64,000 nt of DNA, from the NCBI GenBank assembly GCA_964016885.1, contig OZ024752.1:18662001-18726000 (forward strand), read 5' to 3'. A program made the translations under genes and the position numbers. Shown one piece after another: positions 12,701 through 27,538 of this stretch (position 1 is its first letter; every line of letters begins with the position of its first letter). The notes beneath the pieces are model-generated. The model searched no databases. It was not told where the DNA came from and worked only from the letters and a program-made list of their open reading frames with translations. This DNA is from Eledone cirrhosa. Its lineage: Eukaryota.

Positions 12701-15700
12701 TGGTCATGTAGGTGTTATAGGAAAAAGTGGACAGCCCACACAGTAAAGTGGTTGTGTAGGTGTTATAATAAAAAGTGGACAGCCCACACTGTAAAGTAGT
12801 CATGTAGGTGTTATAATAAAAAGTGGACAGCCCACACTGTAAAGTGGTTGTGTAGGTGTTATAATAAAAAGTGGACAGCCCACACAGTAAAGTAGTCATG
12901 TAGGTGTTATAATAAAAAGTGGACAGCCCACAGTGTAAAGTGGTCATGTAGGTGTTATAATAAAAAGTGGACAGCCCACACTGTAAAGTAGTCATGTAGG
13001 TGTTATAATAAAAAGTGGACAGCCCACACTGTAAAGTAGTCATGTAGGTGTTATAGTAAAAAGTGGACAGCCCACACAGTAAAGTGGTCATGTAGGTGTT
13101 ATAATAAAAAGTGGACAGCCCACACTGTAAAGTAGTCATGTAGGTGTTATAATAAAAAGTGGACAGTGCACACTGTAAAGTAGTCATGTAGGTGTTATAA
13201 TAAAAAGTGGACAGCCCACACTGTAAAGTAGTCATGTAGGTGTTGTAATAAAAAGTGGACAGCCCACACAGTAAAGTAGTCATGTAGGTGTTATAATAAA
13301 AAGTGGACAGCCCACACTGTAAAGTGGTCATGTAGGTGTTATAATAAAAAGTGGACAGCCCACACAGTAAAGTAGTCATGTAGGTGTTATAATAAAAAGT
13401 GGACAGCCCACACAGTAAAGTAGTCATGTAGGTGTTATAATAGAATGTGGACAGCCCACACTGTAAAGTGGTCATGTAGGTGTTATAATAAAAAGTGGAC
13501 AGTCCACACTGTAAAGTGCTTGTGTAGGTGTTATAATAAAAAGTGTACAGCCCACACTGTAAAGTGCTTGTGTAGGTGTTATAATAAAAAGTGGACAGTC
13601 CACACTGTAAAGTGGTCATGTAGGTGTTATAATAAAAAGTGGACAGCCCACACTGTAAAGTAGTCATGTAGGTGTTATAATAAAAAGTGGACAGCCCACA
13701 CTGTAAAGTGGTCATGTAGGTGTTATAATAAAAAGTGGACAGTCCACACTGTAAAGTGGTCATGTAGGTGTTATAATAAAAAGTGTACAGCCCACACTGT
13801 AAAGTGGTCATGTAGGTGTTATAATAAAAAGTGGATAGCCCACACTGTAAAGTGGTTGTGTAGGTGTTATAATAAAAAGTGGACAGCCCACACTGTAAAG
13901 TCCTTGTGTAGGTGTTATAATAAAAAGTGGACAGCCCACACTGTAAAGTGGTTGTGTAGGTGTTATAATAAAAAGTGGACAGCCCACACTGTAAAGTGGT
14001 TGTGTAGGTGTTATAATAAAAAGTGGACAGTCCACACTGTAAAGTGGTCATGTAGGTGTTATAATAAAAAGTGGACAGCCCACACAGTAAAGTGGTTGTG
14101 TAGGTGTTATAATAAAAAGTGGACAGCCCACACTGTAAAGTGGTTGTGTAGGTGTTATAATAAAAAGTGTACAGTCCACACTGTAAAGTAGTCATGTAGG
14201 TGTTATAATAAAAAGTGGACAGCCCACACTGTAAAGTAGTCATGTAGGTGTTATAATAAAAAGTGGACAGCCCACACTGTAAAGTGGTTGTGTAGGTGTT
14301 ATAATAAAAAGTGGACAGCCCAAACTGTAAAGTGGTTGTGTAGGTGTTATAATAAAAAGTGGACAGCCCACACTGTAAAGTGGTTGTGTAGGTGTTATAA
14401 TAAAAAGTGTACAGTCCACACTGTAAAGTAGTCATGTAGGTGTTATAATAAAAAGTGGATAGCCCACACTGTAAAGTGGTTGTGTAGGTGTTATAATAAA
14501 AAGTGGACAGCCCACACTGTAAAGTGCTTGTGTAGGTGTTATAATAAAAAGTGGACAGCCCACACAGTAAAGTGGTTGTGTAGGTGTTATAATAAAAAGT
14601 GGACAGCCCACACTGTAAAGTGGTTGTGTAGGTGTTATAATAAAAAGTGTACAGTCCACACAGTAAAGTAGTCATGTAGGTGTTATAATAAAAAGTGGAT
14701 AGCCCACACTGTAAAGTGGTTGTGTAGGTGTTATAATAAAAAGTGGACAGCCCACACTGTAAAGTGGTTGTGTAGGTGTTATAATAAAAAGTGGACAGCC
14801 CACACTGTAAAGTGGTTGTGTAGGTGTTATAATAAAAAGTGGACAGTCCACACTGTAAAGTGGTCATGTAGGTGTTATAATAAAAGGTGTACAGTCCACA
14901 CTGTAAAGTAGTCATGTAGGTGTTATAATAAAAAGTGGACAGCCCACACAGTAAAGTGGTTGTGTAGGTGTTATAATAAAAAGTGGACATCCCACACAGT
15001 AAAGTAGTCATGTAGGTGTTATAATAAAAAGTGGATAGCCCACACAGTAAAGTAGTCATGTAGGTGTTATAATAAAAAGTGGACAGCCCACACTGTAAAG
15101 TAGTCATGTAGGTGTTATAATAAAAAGTGGACAGCCCACACAGTAAAGTAGTCATGTAGGTGTTATAATAAAAAGTGGATAGCCCACACAGTAAAGTAGT
15201 CATGTAGGTGTTATAATAAAAAGTGGACAGCCCACACTGTAAAGTAGTCATGTAGGTGTTATAATAAAAAGTGGACAGCCCACAGTGTAAAGTGGTCATG
15301 TATGTGTTATAATAAAAAGTGGACAGCCCACACTGTAAAGTGGTCATGTAGGTGTTATAATAAAAAGTGGACAGCCCACACAGTAAAGTGGTTGTGTAGG
15401 TGTTATAATAAAAAGTGAACGGCCCACACTGTAAAGTAGTCATGTAGGTGTTATAATAAAAAGTGGACAGCCCACACTGTAAAGTAGTCATGTAGGTGTT
15501 ATAATAAAAAGTGGACAGCCCACACAGTAAAGTAGTCATGTAGGTGTTATAATGAAAAGTGGATAGCCCACACAGTAAAGTAGTCATGTAGGTGTTATAA
15601 TAAAAAGTGGACAGCCCACACAGTAAAGTAGTCATGTAGGTGTTATAATAAAAAGTGGACAGCCCACACAGTAAAGTAGTCATGTAGGTGTTATAATAAA

Positions 15701-18700
15701 AAGTGGACAGCCCACACTGTAAAGTGGTCATGTAGGTGTTATAATAAAAAGTGGACAGCCCACACTGTAAAGTGGTCATGTAGGTGTTATAGGAAAAAGT
15801 GGACAGCCCACACAGTAAAGTGGTTGTGTAGGTGTTATAATAAAAAGTGGACAGCCCACACTGTAAAGTAGTCATGTAGGTGTTATAATAAAAAGTGGAC
15901 AGCCCACACTGTAAAGTAGTCATGTAGGTGTTATAATAAAAAGTGGACAGCCCACACAGTAAAGTAGTCATGTAGGTGTTATAATGAAAAGTGGATAGCC
16001 CACACAGTAAAGTAGTCATGTAGGTGTTATAATAAAAAGTGGACAGCCCACACAGTAAAGTAGTCATGTAGGTGTTATAATAAAAAGTGGACAGCCCACA
16101 GTGTAAAGTGGTCATGTAGGTGTTATAATAAAAAGTGGACAGCCCACACTGTAAAGTAGTCATGTAGGTGTTATAATAAAAAGTGGACAGCCCACACTGT
16201 AAAGTAGTCATGTAGGTGTTATAGTAAAAAGTGGACAGCCCACACAGTAAAGTGGTCATGTAGGTGTTATAATAAAAAGTGGACAGCCCACACAGTAAAG
16301 TAGTCATGTAGGTGTTATAATAAAAAGTGGACAGCCCACACTGTAAAGTGGTCATGTAGGTGTTATAATAAAAAGTGGACAGCCCACACAGTAAAGTGGT
16401 CATGTATGTGTTATAATAAAAAGTGGACAGCCCACACAGTAAAGTAGTCATGTAGGTGTTATAATAAAAAGTGGACAGCCCACACAGTAAAGTGGTTGTG
16501 TAGGTGTTATAATAAAAAGTGGACAGCCCACACAGTAAAGTAGTCATGTAGGTGTTATAATAAAAAGTGGACAGCCCACACTGTAAAGTAGTCATGTAGG
16601 TGTTATAGTAAAAAGTGGACAGCCCACACTGTAAAGTAGTCATGTAGGTGTTATAATAAAAAGTGGACAGCCCACACTGTAAAGTAGTCATGTAGGTGTT
16701 ATAATAAAAAGTGGACAGCCCACACAGTAAAGTAGTCATGTAGGTGTTATAATAAAAAGTGGACAGCCCACAGTGTAAAGTGGTCATGTAGGTGTTATAA
16801 TAAAAAGTGGACAGCCCACACTGTAAAGTGATCATGTAGGTGTTATAATAAAAAGTGGACAGCCCACACAGTAAAGTGGTTGTGTAGGTGTTATAATAAA
16901 AAGTGGACAGCCCACACTGTAAAGTAGTCATGTAGGTGTTATAATAAAAAGTGGACAGTCCACACTGTAAAGTGGTTGTGTAGGTGTTATAATAAAAAGT
17001 GGACAGCCCACACTGTAAAGTGGTTGTGTAGGTGTTATAATAAAAAGTGGACAGCCCACACTGTAAAGTGGTTGTGTAGGTGTTATAATAAAAAGTGGAC
17101 ATCCCACACAGTAAAGTAGTCATGTAGGTGTTATAATAAAAAGTGGCCAGCCCACACTCTAAAGTAGTCATGTATGTGTTATAATAAAAAGTGGACAGCC
17201 CACACTGTAAAGTGGTCATGTAGGTGTTATAATAAAAAGTGGACAGCCCACACTGTAAAGTGGTCATGTAGGTGTTATAATAAAAAGTGGACAGCACACA
17301 CTGTAAAGTGGTCATGTAGGTGTTATAGGAAAAAGTGGACAGCCCACACAGTAAAGTGGTTGTGTAGGTGTTATAATAAAAAGTGGACAGCCCACACTGT
17401 AAAGTAGTCATGTAGGTGTTATAATAAAAAGTGGACAGCCCACACTGTAAAGTGGTTGTGTAGGTGTTATAATAAAAAGTGGACAGCCCACACAGTAAAG
17501 TAGTCATGTAGGTGTTATAATAAAAAGTGGACAGCCCACAGTGTAAAGTGGTCATGTAGGTGTTATAATAAAAAGTGGACAGCCCACACAGTAAAGTAGT
17601 CATGTAGGTGTTATAATAAAAAGTGGACAGCCCATACAGTAAAGTAGTCATGTAGGTGTTATAATAAAAAGTGGACAGCCCACACTGTAAAGTGGTCATG
17701 TAGGTGTTATAATAAAAAGTGGACAGTCCACACTGTAAAGTGGTCATGTAGGTGTTATAATAAAAAGTGTACAGCCCACACTGTAAAGTGGTCATGTAGG
17801 TGTTATAATAAAAAGTGGATAGCCCACACTGTAAAGTGGTTGTGTAGGTGTTATAATAAAAAGTGGACAGCCCACACTGTAAAGTGCTTGTGTAGGTGTT
17901 ATAATAAAAAGTGGACAGCCCACACTGTAAAGTGGTTGTGTAGGTGTTATAATAAAAAGTGGACAGCCCACACTGTAAAGTGGTTGTGTAGGTGTTATAA
18001 TAAAACGTGGACAGTCCACACTGTAAAGTGGTCATGTAGGTGTTATAATAAAAAGTGGACAGCCCACACAGTAAAGTGGTTGTGTAGGTGTTATAATAAA
18101 AAGTGGACAGCCCACACTGTAAAGTGGTTGTGTAGGTGTTATAATAAAAAGTGTACAGTCCACACTGTAAAGTAGTCATGTAGGTGTTATAATAAAAAGT
18201 GGACAGCCCACACTGTAAAGTAGTCATGTAGGTGTTATAATAAAAAGTGGACAGCCCACACTGTAAAGTGGTTGTGTAGGTGTTATAATAAAAAGTGGAC
18301 AGCCCACACTGTAAAGTGGTTGTGTAGGTGTTATAATAAAAAGTGGACAGCCCACACTGTAAAGTGGTTGTGTAGGTGTTATAATAAAAAGTGTACAGTC
18401 CACACTGTAAAGTAGTCATGTAGGTGTTATAATAAAAAGTGGATAGCCCACACTGTAAAGTGGTTGTGTAGGTGTTATAATAAAAAGTGGACAGCCCACA
18501 CTGTAAAGTGCTTGTGTAGGTGTTATAATAAAAAGTGGACAGCCCACACAGTAAAGTGGTTGTGTAGGTGTTATAATAAAAAGTGGACAGCCCACACTGT
18601 AAAGTGGTTGTGTAGGTGTTATAATAAAAAGTGTACAGTCCACACAGTAAAGTAGTCATGTAGGTGTTATAATAAAAAGTGGATAGCCCACACTGTAAAG

Positions 18701-20756
18701 TGGTTGTGTAGGTGTTATAATAAAAAGTGGACAGCCCACACTGTAAAGTGGTTGTGTAGGTGTTATAATAAAAAGTGGACAGCCCACACTGTAAAGTGGT
18801 TGTGTAGGTGTTATAATAAAAAGTGGACAGTCCACACTGTAAAGTGGTCATGTAGGTGTTATAATAAAAGGTGTACAGTCCACACTGTAAAGTAGTCATG
18901 TAGGTGTTATAATAAAAAGTGGACAGCCCACACAGTAAAGTGGTCATGTAGGTGTTATAATAAAAAGTGGACATCCCACACAGTAAAGTAGTCATGTAGG
19001 TGTTATAATAAAAAGTGGATAGCCCACACAGTAAAGTAGTCATGTAGGTGTTATAATAAAAAGTGGACAGCCCACACAGTAAAGTAGTCATGTAGGTGTT
19101 ATAATAAAAAGTGGACAGCCCACACTGTAAAGTGGTCATGTAGGTGTTATAATAAAAAGTGGACAGCCCACACTGTAAAGTGGTCATGTAGGTGTTATAA
19201 TAAAAAGTGGACGGCCCACACAGTAACGTGGTTGTGTAGGTGTTATAATAAAAAGTGGACAGCCCACACTGTAAAGTAGTCATGTAGGTGTTATAATAAA
19301 AAGTGGACAGCCCACAGTGTAAAGTGGTCATGTATGTGTTATAATAAAAAGTGGACAGCCCACACTGTAAAGTGGTCATGTAGGTGTTATAATAAAAAGT
19401 GGACAGCCCACACAGTAAAGTGGTTGTGTAGGTGTTATAATAAAAAGTGAACAGCCCACACTGTAAAGTAGTCATGTAGGTGTTATAATAAAAAGTGGAC
19501 AGCCCACACTGTAAAGTAGTCATGTAGGTGTAATAATAAAAAGTGGACAGCCCACACAGTAAAGTAGTCATGTAGGTGTTATAATGAAAAGTGGACAGCC
19601 CACACAGTAAAGTAGTCATGTAGGTGTTATAATAAAAAGTGGACAGCCCACACAGTAAAGTAGTCATGTAGGTGTTATAATAAAAAGTGGACAGCCCACA
19701 CAGTAAAGTAGTCATGTAGGTGTTATAATAAAAAGTGGACAGCCCACACTGTAAAGTGGTCATGTAGGTGTTATAATAAAAAGTGGACAGCCCACACTGT
19801 AAAGTGGTCATGTAGGTGTTATAGGAAAAAGTGGACAGCTCACACAGTAAAGTGGTTGTGTAGGTGTTATAATAAAAAGTGGACAGCCCACACTGTAAAG
19901 TAGTCATGTAGGTGTTATAATAAAAAGTGGACAGCCCACACTGTAAAGTGGTTGTGTAGGTGTTATAATAAAAAGTGGACAGCCCACACAGTAAAGTAGT
20001 CATGTAGGTGTTATAATAAAAAGTGGACAGCCCACAGTGTAAAGTGGTCATGTAGGTGTTATAATAAAAAGTGGACAGCCCACACTGTAAAGTAGTCATG
20101 TAGGTGTTATAATAAAAAGTGGACAGCCCACACTGTAAAGTAGTCATGTAGGTGTTATAGTAAAAAGTGGACAGCCCACACAGTAAAGTGGTCATGTAGG
20201 TGTTATAATAAAAAGTGGACAGCCCACACAGTAAAGTAGTCATGTAGGTGTTATAATAAAAAGTGGACAGCCCACACTGTAAAGTGGTCATGTAGGTGTT
20301 ATAATAAAAAGTGGACAGCCCACACAGTAAAGTGGTCATGTATGTGTTATAATAAAAAGTGGACAGCCCACACAGTAAAGTAGTCATGTAGGTGTTATAA
20401 TAAAAAGTGGACAGCCCACACAGTAAAGTGGTTGTGTAGGTGTTATAATAAAAAGTGGACAGCCCACACAGTAAAGTAGTCATGTAGGTGTTATAATAAA
20501 AAGTGGACAGCCCACACTGTAAAGTAGTCATGTAGGTGTTATAGTAAAAAGTGGACAGCCCACACTGTAAAGTAGTCATGTAGGTGTTATAATAAAAAGT
20601 GGACAGCCCACACTGTAAAGTAGTCATGTAGGTGTTATAATAAAAAGTGGACAGCCCACACAGTAAAGTAGTCATGTAGGTGTTATAATAAAAAGTGGAC
20701 AGCCCACAGTGTAAAGTGGTCATGTAGGTGTTATAATAAAAATGGACGGCCCACAC
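9777..20756 (-). other. Repeat-derived open frame, 3659 codons of the 16-aa repeat; coding status unsupported
   Basis: Bounded by 1-nt deletions at ~9845 and ~20743; purely repetitive translation. Confidence 0.1.
9960..16200. repeat. Higher-order tandem duplication, period 3120 bp (65 monomers), with a third related copy at ~17600-20200 (offset 3984 bp, 83 monomers)
   Basis: tagaatgtgg at 10321/13441, gtccttgt at 10780/13900, aaaaggtgtac at ~11762/14882/18866; ORF-track sets 10688/13808/17792 and 11312/14432/18416. Confidence 0.9.
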
Positions 20757-23700
20757 TGTAAAGTGATCATGTAGGTGTTATAATAAAAAGTGGACAGCCC
20801 ACACAGTAAAGTGGTTGTGTAGGTGTTATAATAAAAAGTGGACAGCCCACACTGTAAAGTAGTCATGTAGGTGTTATAATAAAAAGTGGACAGTCCACAC
20901 TGTAAAGTGGTTGTGTAGGTGTTATAATAAAAAGTGGACAGCCCACACTGTAAAGTGGTTGTGTAGGTGTTATAATAAAAAGTGGACAGCCCACACTGAA
21001 AAGTGGTTGTGTAGGTGTTATAATAAAAAGTGGACAGCCTACACTCTAAAGTAGTCATGTATGTGTTATAATAAAAAGTGGACAGCCCACACTGTAAAGT
21101 GGTCATGTAGGTGTTATAATAAAAAGTGGACAGCCCACACTGTAAAGTGGTCATGTAGGTGTTATAATAAAAAGTGGACAGCCCACACTGTAAAGTGGTC
21201 ATGTAGGTGTTATAGGAAAAAGTGGACAGCCCACACAGTAAAGTGGTTGTGTAGGTGTTATAATAAAAAGTGGACAGCCCACACTGTAAAGTAGTCATGT
21301 AGGTGTTATAATAAAAAGTGGACAGCCCACACAGTAAAGTTGTTGTGTAGGTGTTATAATAAAAAGTGGACAGCCCACACAGTAAAGTAGTCATGTAGGT
21401 GTTATAATAAAAAGTGGACAGCCCACACTGTAAAGTAGTCATGTAGGTGTTATAGTAAAAAGTGGACAGCCCACACTGTAAAGTAGTCATGTAGGTGTTA
21501 TAATAAAAAGTGGACAGCCCACACTGTAAAGTAGTCATGTAGGTGTTATAATAAAAAGTGGACAGCCCACACAGTAAAGTAGTCATGTAGGTGTTATAAT
21601 AAAAAGTGGATAGCCCACACAGTAAAGAAGTCATGTAGGTGTTATAATAACAAGTGGAGAGCCCACACTGTAAAGTAGTCATGTAGGTGTTATAATAAAA
21701 AGTGGATAGCCCACACTGTAAAGTGGTTGTGTAGGTGTTATAATAAAAAGTGGACAGCCCACACTGTAAAGTGGTTGTGTAGGTGTTATAATAAAAAGTG
21801 GACAGCCCACACTGTAAAGTGGTCATGTAGGTGTTATAATAAAAAGTGGACAGCCCACACTGTAAAGTAGTCATGTAGGTGTTATAATAAAAAGTGGACA
21901 GCCCACACTGTAAAGTGGTTGTGTAGGTGTTATAATAAAAAGTGGACAGCCCACACAGTAAAGTAGTCATGTAGGTGTTATAATAAAAAGTGGACAGCCC
22001 ACACAGTAAAGTAGTCATGTAGGTGTTATAATAAAAAGTGGATAGCCCACACTGTAAAGTGGTCATGTAGGTGTTATAATAAAAAGTGGACAGTCCACAC
22101 TGTAAAGTGGTCATGTAGGTGTTATAATAAAAAGTGGACAGCCCACACTGTAAAGTGGTCATGTAGGTGTTATAATAAAAAGTGGACAGCCCACACTGTA
22201 AAGTAGTCATGTAGGTGTTATAATAAGAAGTGGACAGTCCACACTGTAAAGTGGTTGTGTAGGTGTTATAATAAAAAGTGGATAGCCCACACAGTAAAGT
22301 AGTCATGTAGGTGTTATAATAAAAAGTGGACAGTCCACACTGTAAAGTGGTCATGTAGGTGTTATAATAAAAAGTGGACAGCCCACACTGTAAAGTGGTC
22401 ATGTAGGTGTTATAATAAAAAGTGGACAGTCCACACTGTAAAGTGGTCATGTAGGTGTTATAATAAAAAGTGGATAGCCCACACTGTAAAGTGGTCATGT
22501 AGGTGTTATAATAAAAAGTGGACAGCCCACACTGTAAAGTGGTCATGTAGGTGTTATAATAAAAAGTGGACAGTCCACACTGTAAAGTGGTCATGTAGGT
22601 GTTATAATAAAAAGTGGACAGTCCACACTGTAAAGTGGTCATGTAGGTGTTATAATAAAAAGTGGACAGTCCACACTGTAAAGTGGTCATGTAGGTGTTA
22701 TAATATAAAGTGGACAGCCCACACTGTAAAGTAGTCATGTAGGTGTTATAATAAAAAGTGGATAGCCCACACTGTAAAGTGGTCATGTAGGGGTTATAAT
22801 AAAAAGTGGACAGCCCACACTGTAAAGTGGTCATGTAGGTGTTATAATAAAAAGTGGACAGTCCACACTGTAAAGTGGTCATGTAGGTGTTATAATAAAA
22901 AGTGGACAGCCCACACTGTAAAGTGGTCATGTAGGTGTTATAATAAAAAGTGGACAGTCCACACTGTAAAGTGGTCATGTAGGTGTTATAATAAAAAGTG
23001 GACAGTCCACACTGTAAAGTGGTCATGTAGGTGTTATAATAAAAAGTGGACAGCCCACACTGTAAAGTGGTCATGTAGGTGTTATAATAAAAAGTGGACA
23101 GTCCACACTGTAAAGTGGTCATGTAGGTGTTATAATAAAAAGTGGATAGCCCACACTGTAAAGTGGTCATGTAGGTGTTATAATAAAAAGTGGACAGCCC
23201 ACACTGTAAAGTGGTCATGTAGGTGTTATAATAAAAAGTGGACAGTCCACACCGTAAAGTGGTCATGTAGGTGTTATAATAAAAAGTGGACAGTCCACAC
23301 TGTAAAGTGGTCATGTAGGTGTTATAATAAAAAGTGGACAGTCCACACTGTAAAGTGGTCATGTAGGTGTTATAATATAAAGTGGACAGCCCACACTGTA
23401 AAGTAGTCATGTAGGTGTTATAATAAAAAGTGGATAGCCCACACTGTAAAGTGGTCATGTAGGTGTTATAATAAAAAGTGGACAGCCCACACTGTAAAGT
23501 GGTCATGTAGGTGTTATAATAAAAAGTGGACAGTCCACACTGTAAAGTGGTCATGTAGGTGTTATAATAAAAAGTGGACAGCCCACACTGTAAAGTGGTC
23601 ATGTAGGTGTTATAATAAAAAGTGGACAGTCCACACTGTAAAGTGGTTGTGTAGGTGTTATAATAAAAAGTGGACAGCCCACACTGTAAAGTGGTTGTGT

Positions 23701-26700
23701 AGGTGTTATAATAAAAAGTGGACAGCCCACACTGAAAAGTGGTTGTGTAGGTGTTATAATAAAAAGTGGACAGCCTACACTCTAAAGTAGTCATGTATGT
23801 GTTATAATAAAAAGTGGACAGCCCACACTGTAAAGTGGTCATGTAGGTGTTATAATAAAAAGTGGACAGCCCACACTGTAAAGTGGTCATGTAGGTGTTA
23901 TAATAAAAAGTGGACAGCCCACACTGTAAAGTGGTCATGTAGGTGTTATAGGAAAAAGTGGACAGCCCACACAGTAAAGTGGTTGTGTAGGTGTTATAAT
24001 AAAAAGTGGACAGCCCACACTGTAAAGTAGTCATGTAGGTGTTATAATAAAAAGTGGACAGCCCACACAGTAAAGTTGTTGTGTAGGTGTTATAATAAAA
24101 AGTGGACAGCCCACACAGTAAAGTAGTCATGTAGGTGTTATAATAAAAAGTGGACAGCCCACACTGTAAAGTAGTCATGTAGGTGTTATAGTAAAAAGTG
24201 GACAGCCCACACTGTAAAGTAGTCATGTAGGTGTTATAATAAAAAGTGGACAGCCCACACTGTAAAGTAGTCATGTAGGTGTTATAATAAAAAGTGGACA
24301 GCCCACACAGTAAAGTAGTCATGTAGGTGTTATAATAAAAAGTGGATAGCCCACACAGTAAAGAAGTCATGTAGGTGTTATAATAACAAGTGGAGAGCCC
24401 ACACTGTAAAGTAGTCATGTAGGTGTTATAATAAAAAGTGGATAGCCCACACTGTAAAGTGGTTGTGTAGGTGTTATAATAAAAAGTGGACAGCCCACAC
24501 TGTAAAGTGGTTGTGTAGGTGTTATAATAAAAAGTGGACAGCCCACACTGTAAAGTGGTCATGTAGGTGTTATAATAAAAAGTGGACAGCCCACACTGTA
24601 AAGTAGTCATGTAGGTGTTATAATAAAAAGTGGACAGCCCACACTGTAAAGTGGTTGTGTAGGTGTTATAATAAAAGGTGGACAGCCCACACAGTAAAGT
24701 AGTCATGTAGGTGTTATAATAAAAAGTGGACAGCCCACACAGTAAAGTAGTCATGTAGGTGTTATAATAAAAAGTGGATAGCCCACACTGTAAAGTGGTC
24801 ATGTAGGTGTTATAATAAAAAGTGGACAGTCCACACTGTAAAGTGGTCATGTAGGTGTTATAATAAAAAGTGGACAGCCCACACTGTAAAGTGGTCATGT
24901 AGGTGTTATAATAAAAAGTGGACAGCCCACACTGTAAAGTAGTCATGTAGGTGTTATAATAAGAAGTGGACAGTCCACACTGTAAAGTGGTTGTGTAGGT
25001 GTTATAATAAAAAGTGGATAGCCCACACAGTAAAGTAGTCATGTAGGTGTTATAATAAAAAGTGGACAGTCCACACTGTAAAGTGGTCATGTAGGTGTTA
25101 TAATAAAAAGTGGACAGCCCACACTGTAAAGTGGTCATGTAGGTGTTATAATAAAAAGTGGACAGTCCACACTGTAAAGTGGTCATGTAGGTGTTATAAT
25201 AAAAAGTGGATAGCCCACACTGTAAAGTGGTCATGTAGGTGTTATAATAAAAAGTGGACAGCCCACACTGTAAAGTGGTCATGTAGGTGTTATAATAAAA
25301 AGTGGACAGTCCACACTGTAAAGTGGTCATGTAGGTGTTATAATAAAAAGTGGACAGTCCACACTGTAAAGTGGTCATGTAGGTGTTATAATAAAAAGTG
25401 GACAGTCCACACTGTAAAGTGGTCATGTAGGTGTTATAATATAAAGTGGACAGCCCACACTGTAAAGTAGTCATGTAGGTGTTATAATAAAAAGTGGATA
25501 GCCCACACTGTAAAGTGGTCATGTAGGGGTTATAATAAAAAGTGGACAGCCCACACTGTAAAGTGGTCATGTAGGTGTTATAATAAAAAGTGGACAGTCC
25601 ACACTGTAAAGTGGTCATGTAGGTGTTATAATAAAAAGTGGACAGCCCACACTGTAAAGTGGTCATGTAGGTGTTATAATAAAAAGTGGACAGTCCACAC
25701 TGTAAAGTGGTCATGTAGGTGTTATAATAAAAAGTGGACAGTCCACACTGTAAAGTGGTCATGTAGGTGTTATAATAAAAAGTGGACAGCCCACACTGTA
25801 AAGTGGTCATGTAGGTGTTATAATAAAAAGTGGACAGTCCACACTGTAAAGTGGTCATGTAGGTGTTATAATAAAAAGTGGATAGCCCACACTGTAAAGT
25901 GGTCATGTAGGTGTTATAATAAAAAGTGGACAGCCCACACTGTAAAGTGGTCATGTAGGTGTTATAATAAAAAGTGGACAGTCCACACCGTAAAGTGGTC
26001 ATGTAGGTGTTATAATAAAAAGTGGACAGTCCACACTGTAAAGTGTTCATGTAGGTGTTATAATAAAAAGTGGACAGTCCACACTGTAAAGTGGTCATGT
26101 AGGTGTTATAATATAAAGTGGACAGCCCACACTGTAAAGTAGTCATGTAGGTGTTATAATAAAAAGTGGATAGCCCACACTGTAAAGTGGTCATGTAGGT
26201 GTTATAATAAAAAGTGGACAGCCCACACTGTAAAGTGGTCATGTAGGTGTTATAATAAAAAGTGGACAGTCCACACTGTAAAGTGGTCATGTAGGTGTTA
26301 TAATAAAAAGTGGACAGCCCACACTGTAAAGTGGTCATGTAGGTGTTATAATAAAAAGTGGACAGTCCACACTGTAAAGTGGTCATGTAGGTGTTATAAT
26401 AAAAAGTGGACAGCCCACACTGTAAAGTAGTCATGTAGGTGTTATAATAAAAAGTGGACAGTCCACACTGTAGAGTTGTTGTGTAGGTGTTATAATAAAA
26501 AGTGGACAGCCCACAGTGTAAAGTAGTCATGTAGGTGTTATAATAAAAAGTGGACAGCCCACACTGTAAAGTGGTCATGTAGGTGTTATAATAAAAACTG
26601 GACAGTCCACACTGTAAAGTGGTTGTGTAGGTGTTATAATAAAAAGTGGACAGCCCACACTGTAAAGTGGTTGTGTAGGTGTTATAATAAAAAGTGGATA

Positions 26701-27538
26701 GCCCACACAGTAAAGTAGTCATGTAGGTGTTATAATAAAAAGTGGACAGCCCACACAGTAAAGTAGTCATGTAGGTGTTATAATAAAAAGTGGATAGCCC
26801 ACACAGTAAAGTAGTCATGTAGGTGTTATAATAAGAAGTGGATAGCCCACACAGTAAAGTAGTCATGTAGGTGTTATAATAAAAAGTGGACAGTCCACAC
26901 TGTAAAGTGGTTGTGTAGGTGTTATAATAAAAAGTGGATAGCCCACACAGTAAAGTAGTCATGTAGGTGTTATAATAAAAAGTGGACAGCCCACACAGTA
27001 AAGTAGTCATGTAGGTGTTATAATAAAAAGTGGATAGCCCACACAGTAAAGTAGTCATGTAGGTGTTATAATAAAAAGTGGATTGCCCACACAGTAAAGT
27101 AGTCATGTAGGTGTTATAATAAAAAGTGGATAGCCCACACAGTAAAGTAGTCATGTAGGTGTTATAATAAAAAGTGGATAGCCCACACAGTAAAGTAGTC
27201 ATGTAGGTGTTATAATAAAAAGTGGACAGCCCACACAGTAAAGTAGTCATGTAGGTGTTATAATAAAAAGTGGATAGCCCACACAGTAAAGTAGTCATGT
27301 AGGTGTTATAATAAAAAGTGGATAGCCCACACAGTAAAGTAGTCATGTAGGTGTTATAATAAAAAGTGGATAGCCCACACTGTAAAGTAGTCATGTAGGT
27401 GTTATAATAAAAAGTGGATAGCCCACACAGTAAAGTAGTCATGTAGGTGTTATAATAAAAAGTGGATAGCCCACACAGTAAAGTAGTCATGTAGGTGTTA
27501 TAATAAAAAGTGGACAGCCCACACAGTAAAGTAGTCAT
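20720..27538 (-). other. Repeat-derived open frame, 2272 codons of the 16-aa repeat; coding status unsupported
   Basis: Bounded by 1-nt deletions at ~20743 and ~27579; purely repetitive translation. Confidence 0.1.
20885..26356. repeat. Higher-order tandem duplication, period 2736 bp (57 monomers), 2 copies
   Basis: ctgaaaag ~20996/23732, gtggagag ~21654/24390, aggggtt ~22789/25525, caccgt ~23250/25986; ORF pair 21061/23797. Confidence 0.93.
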
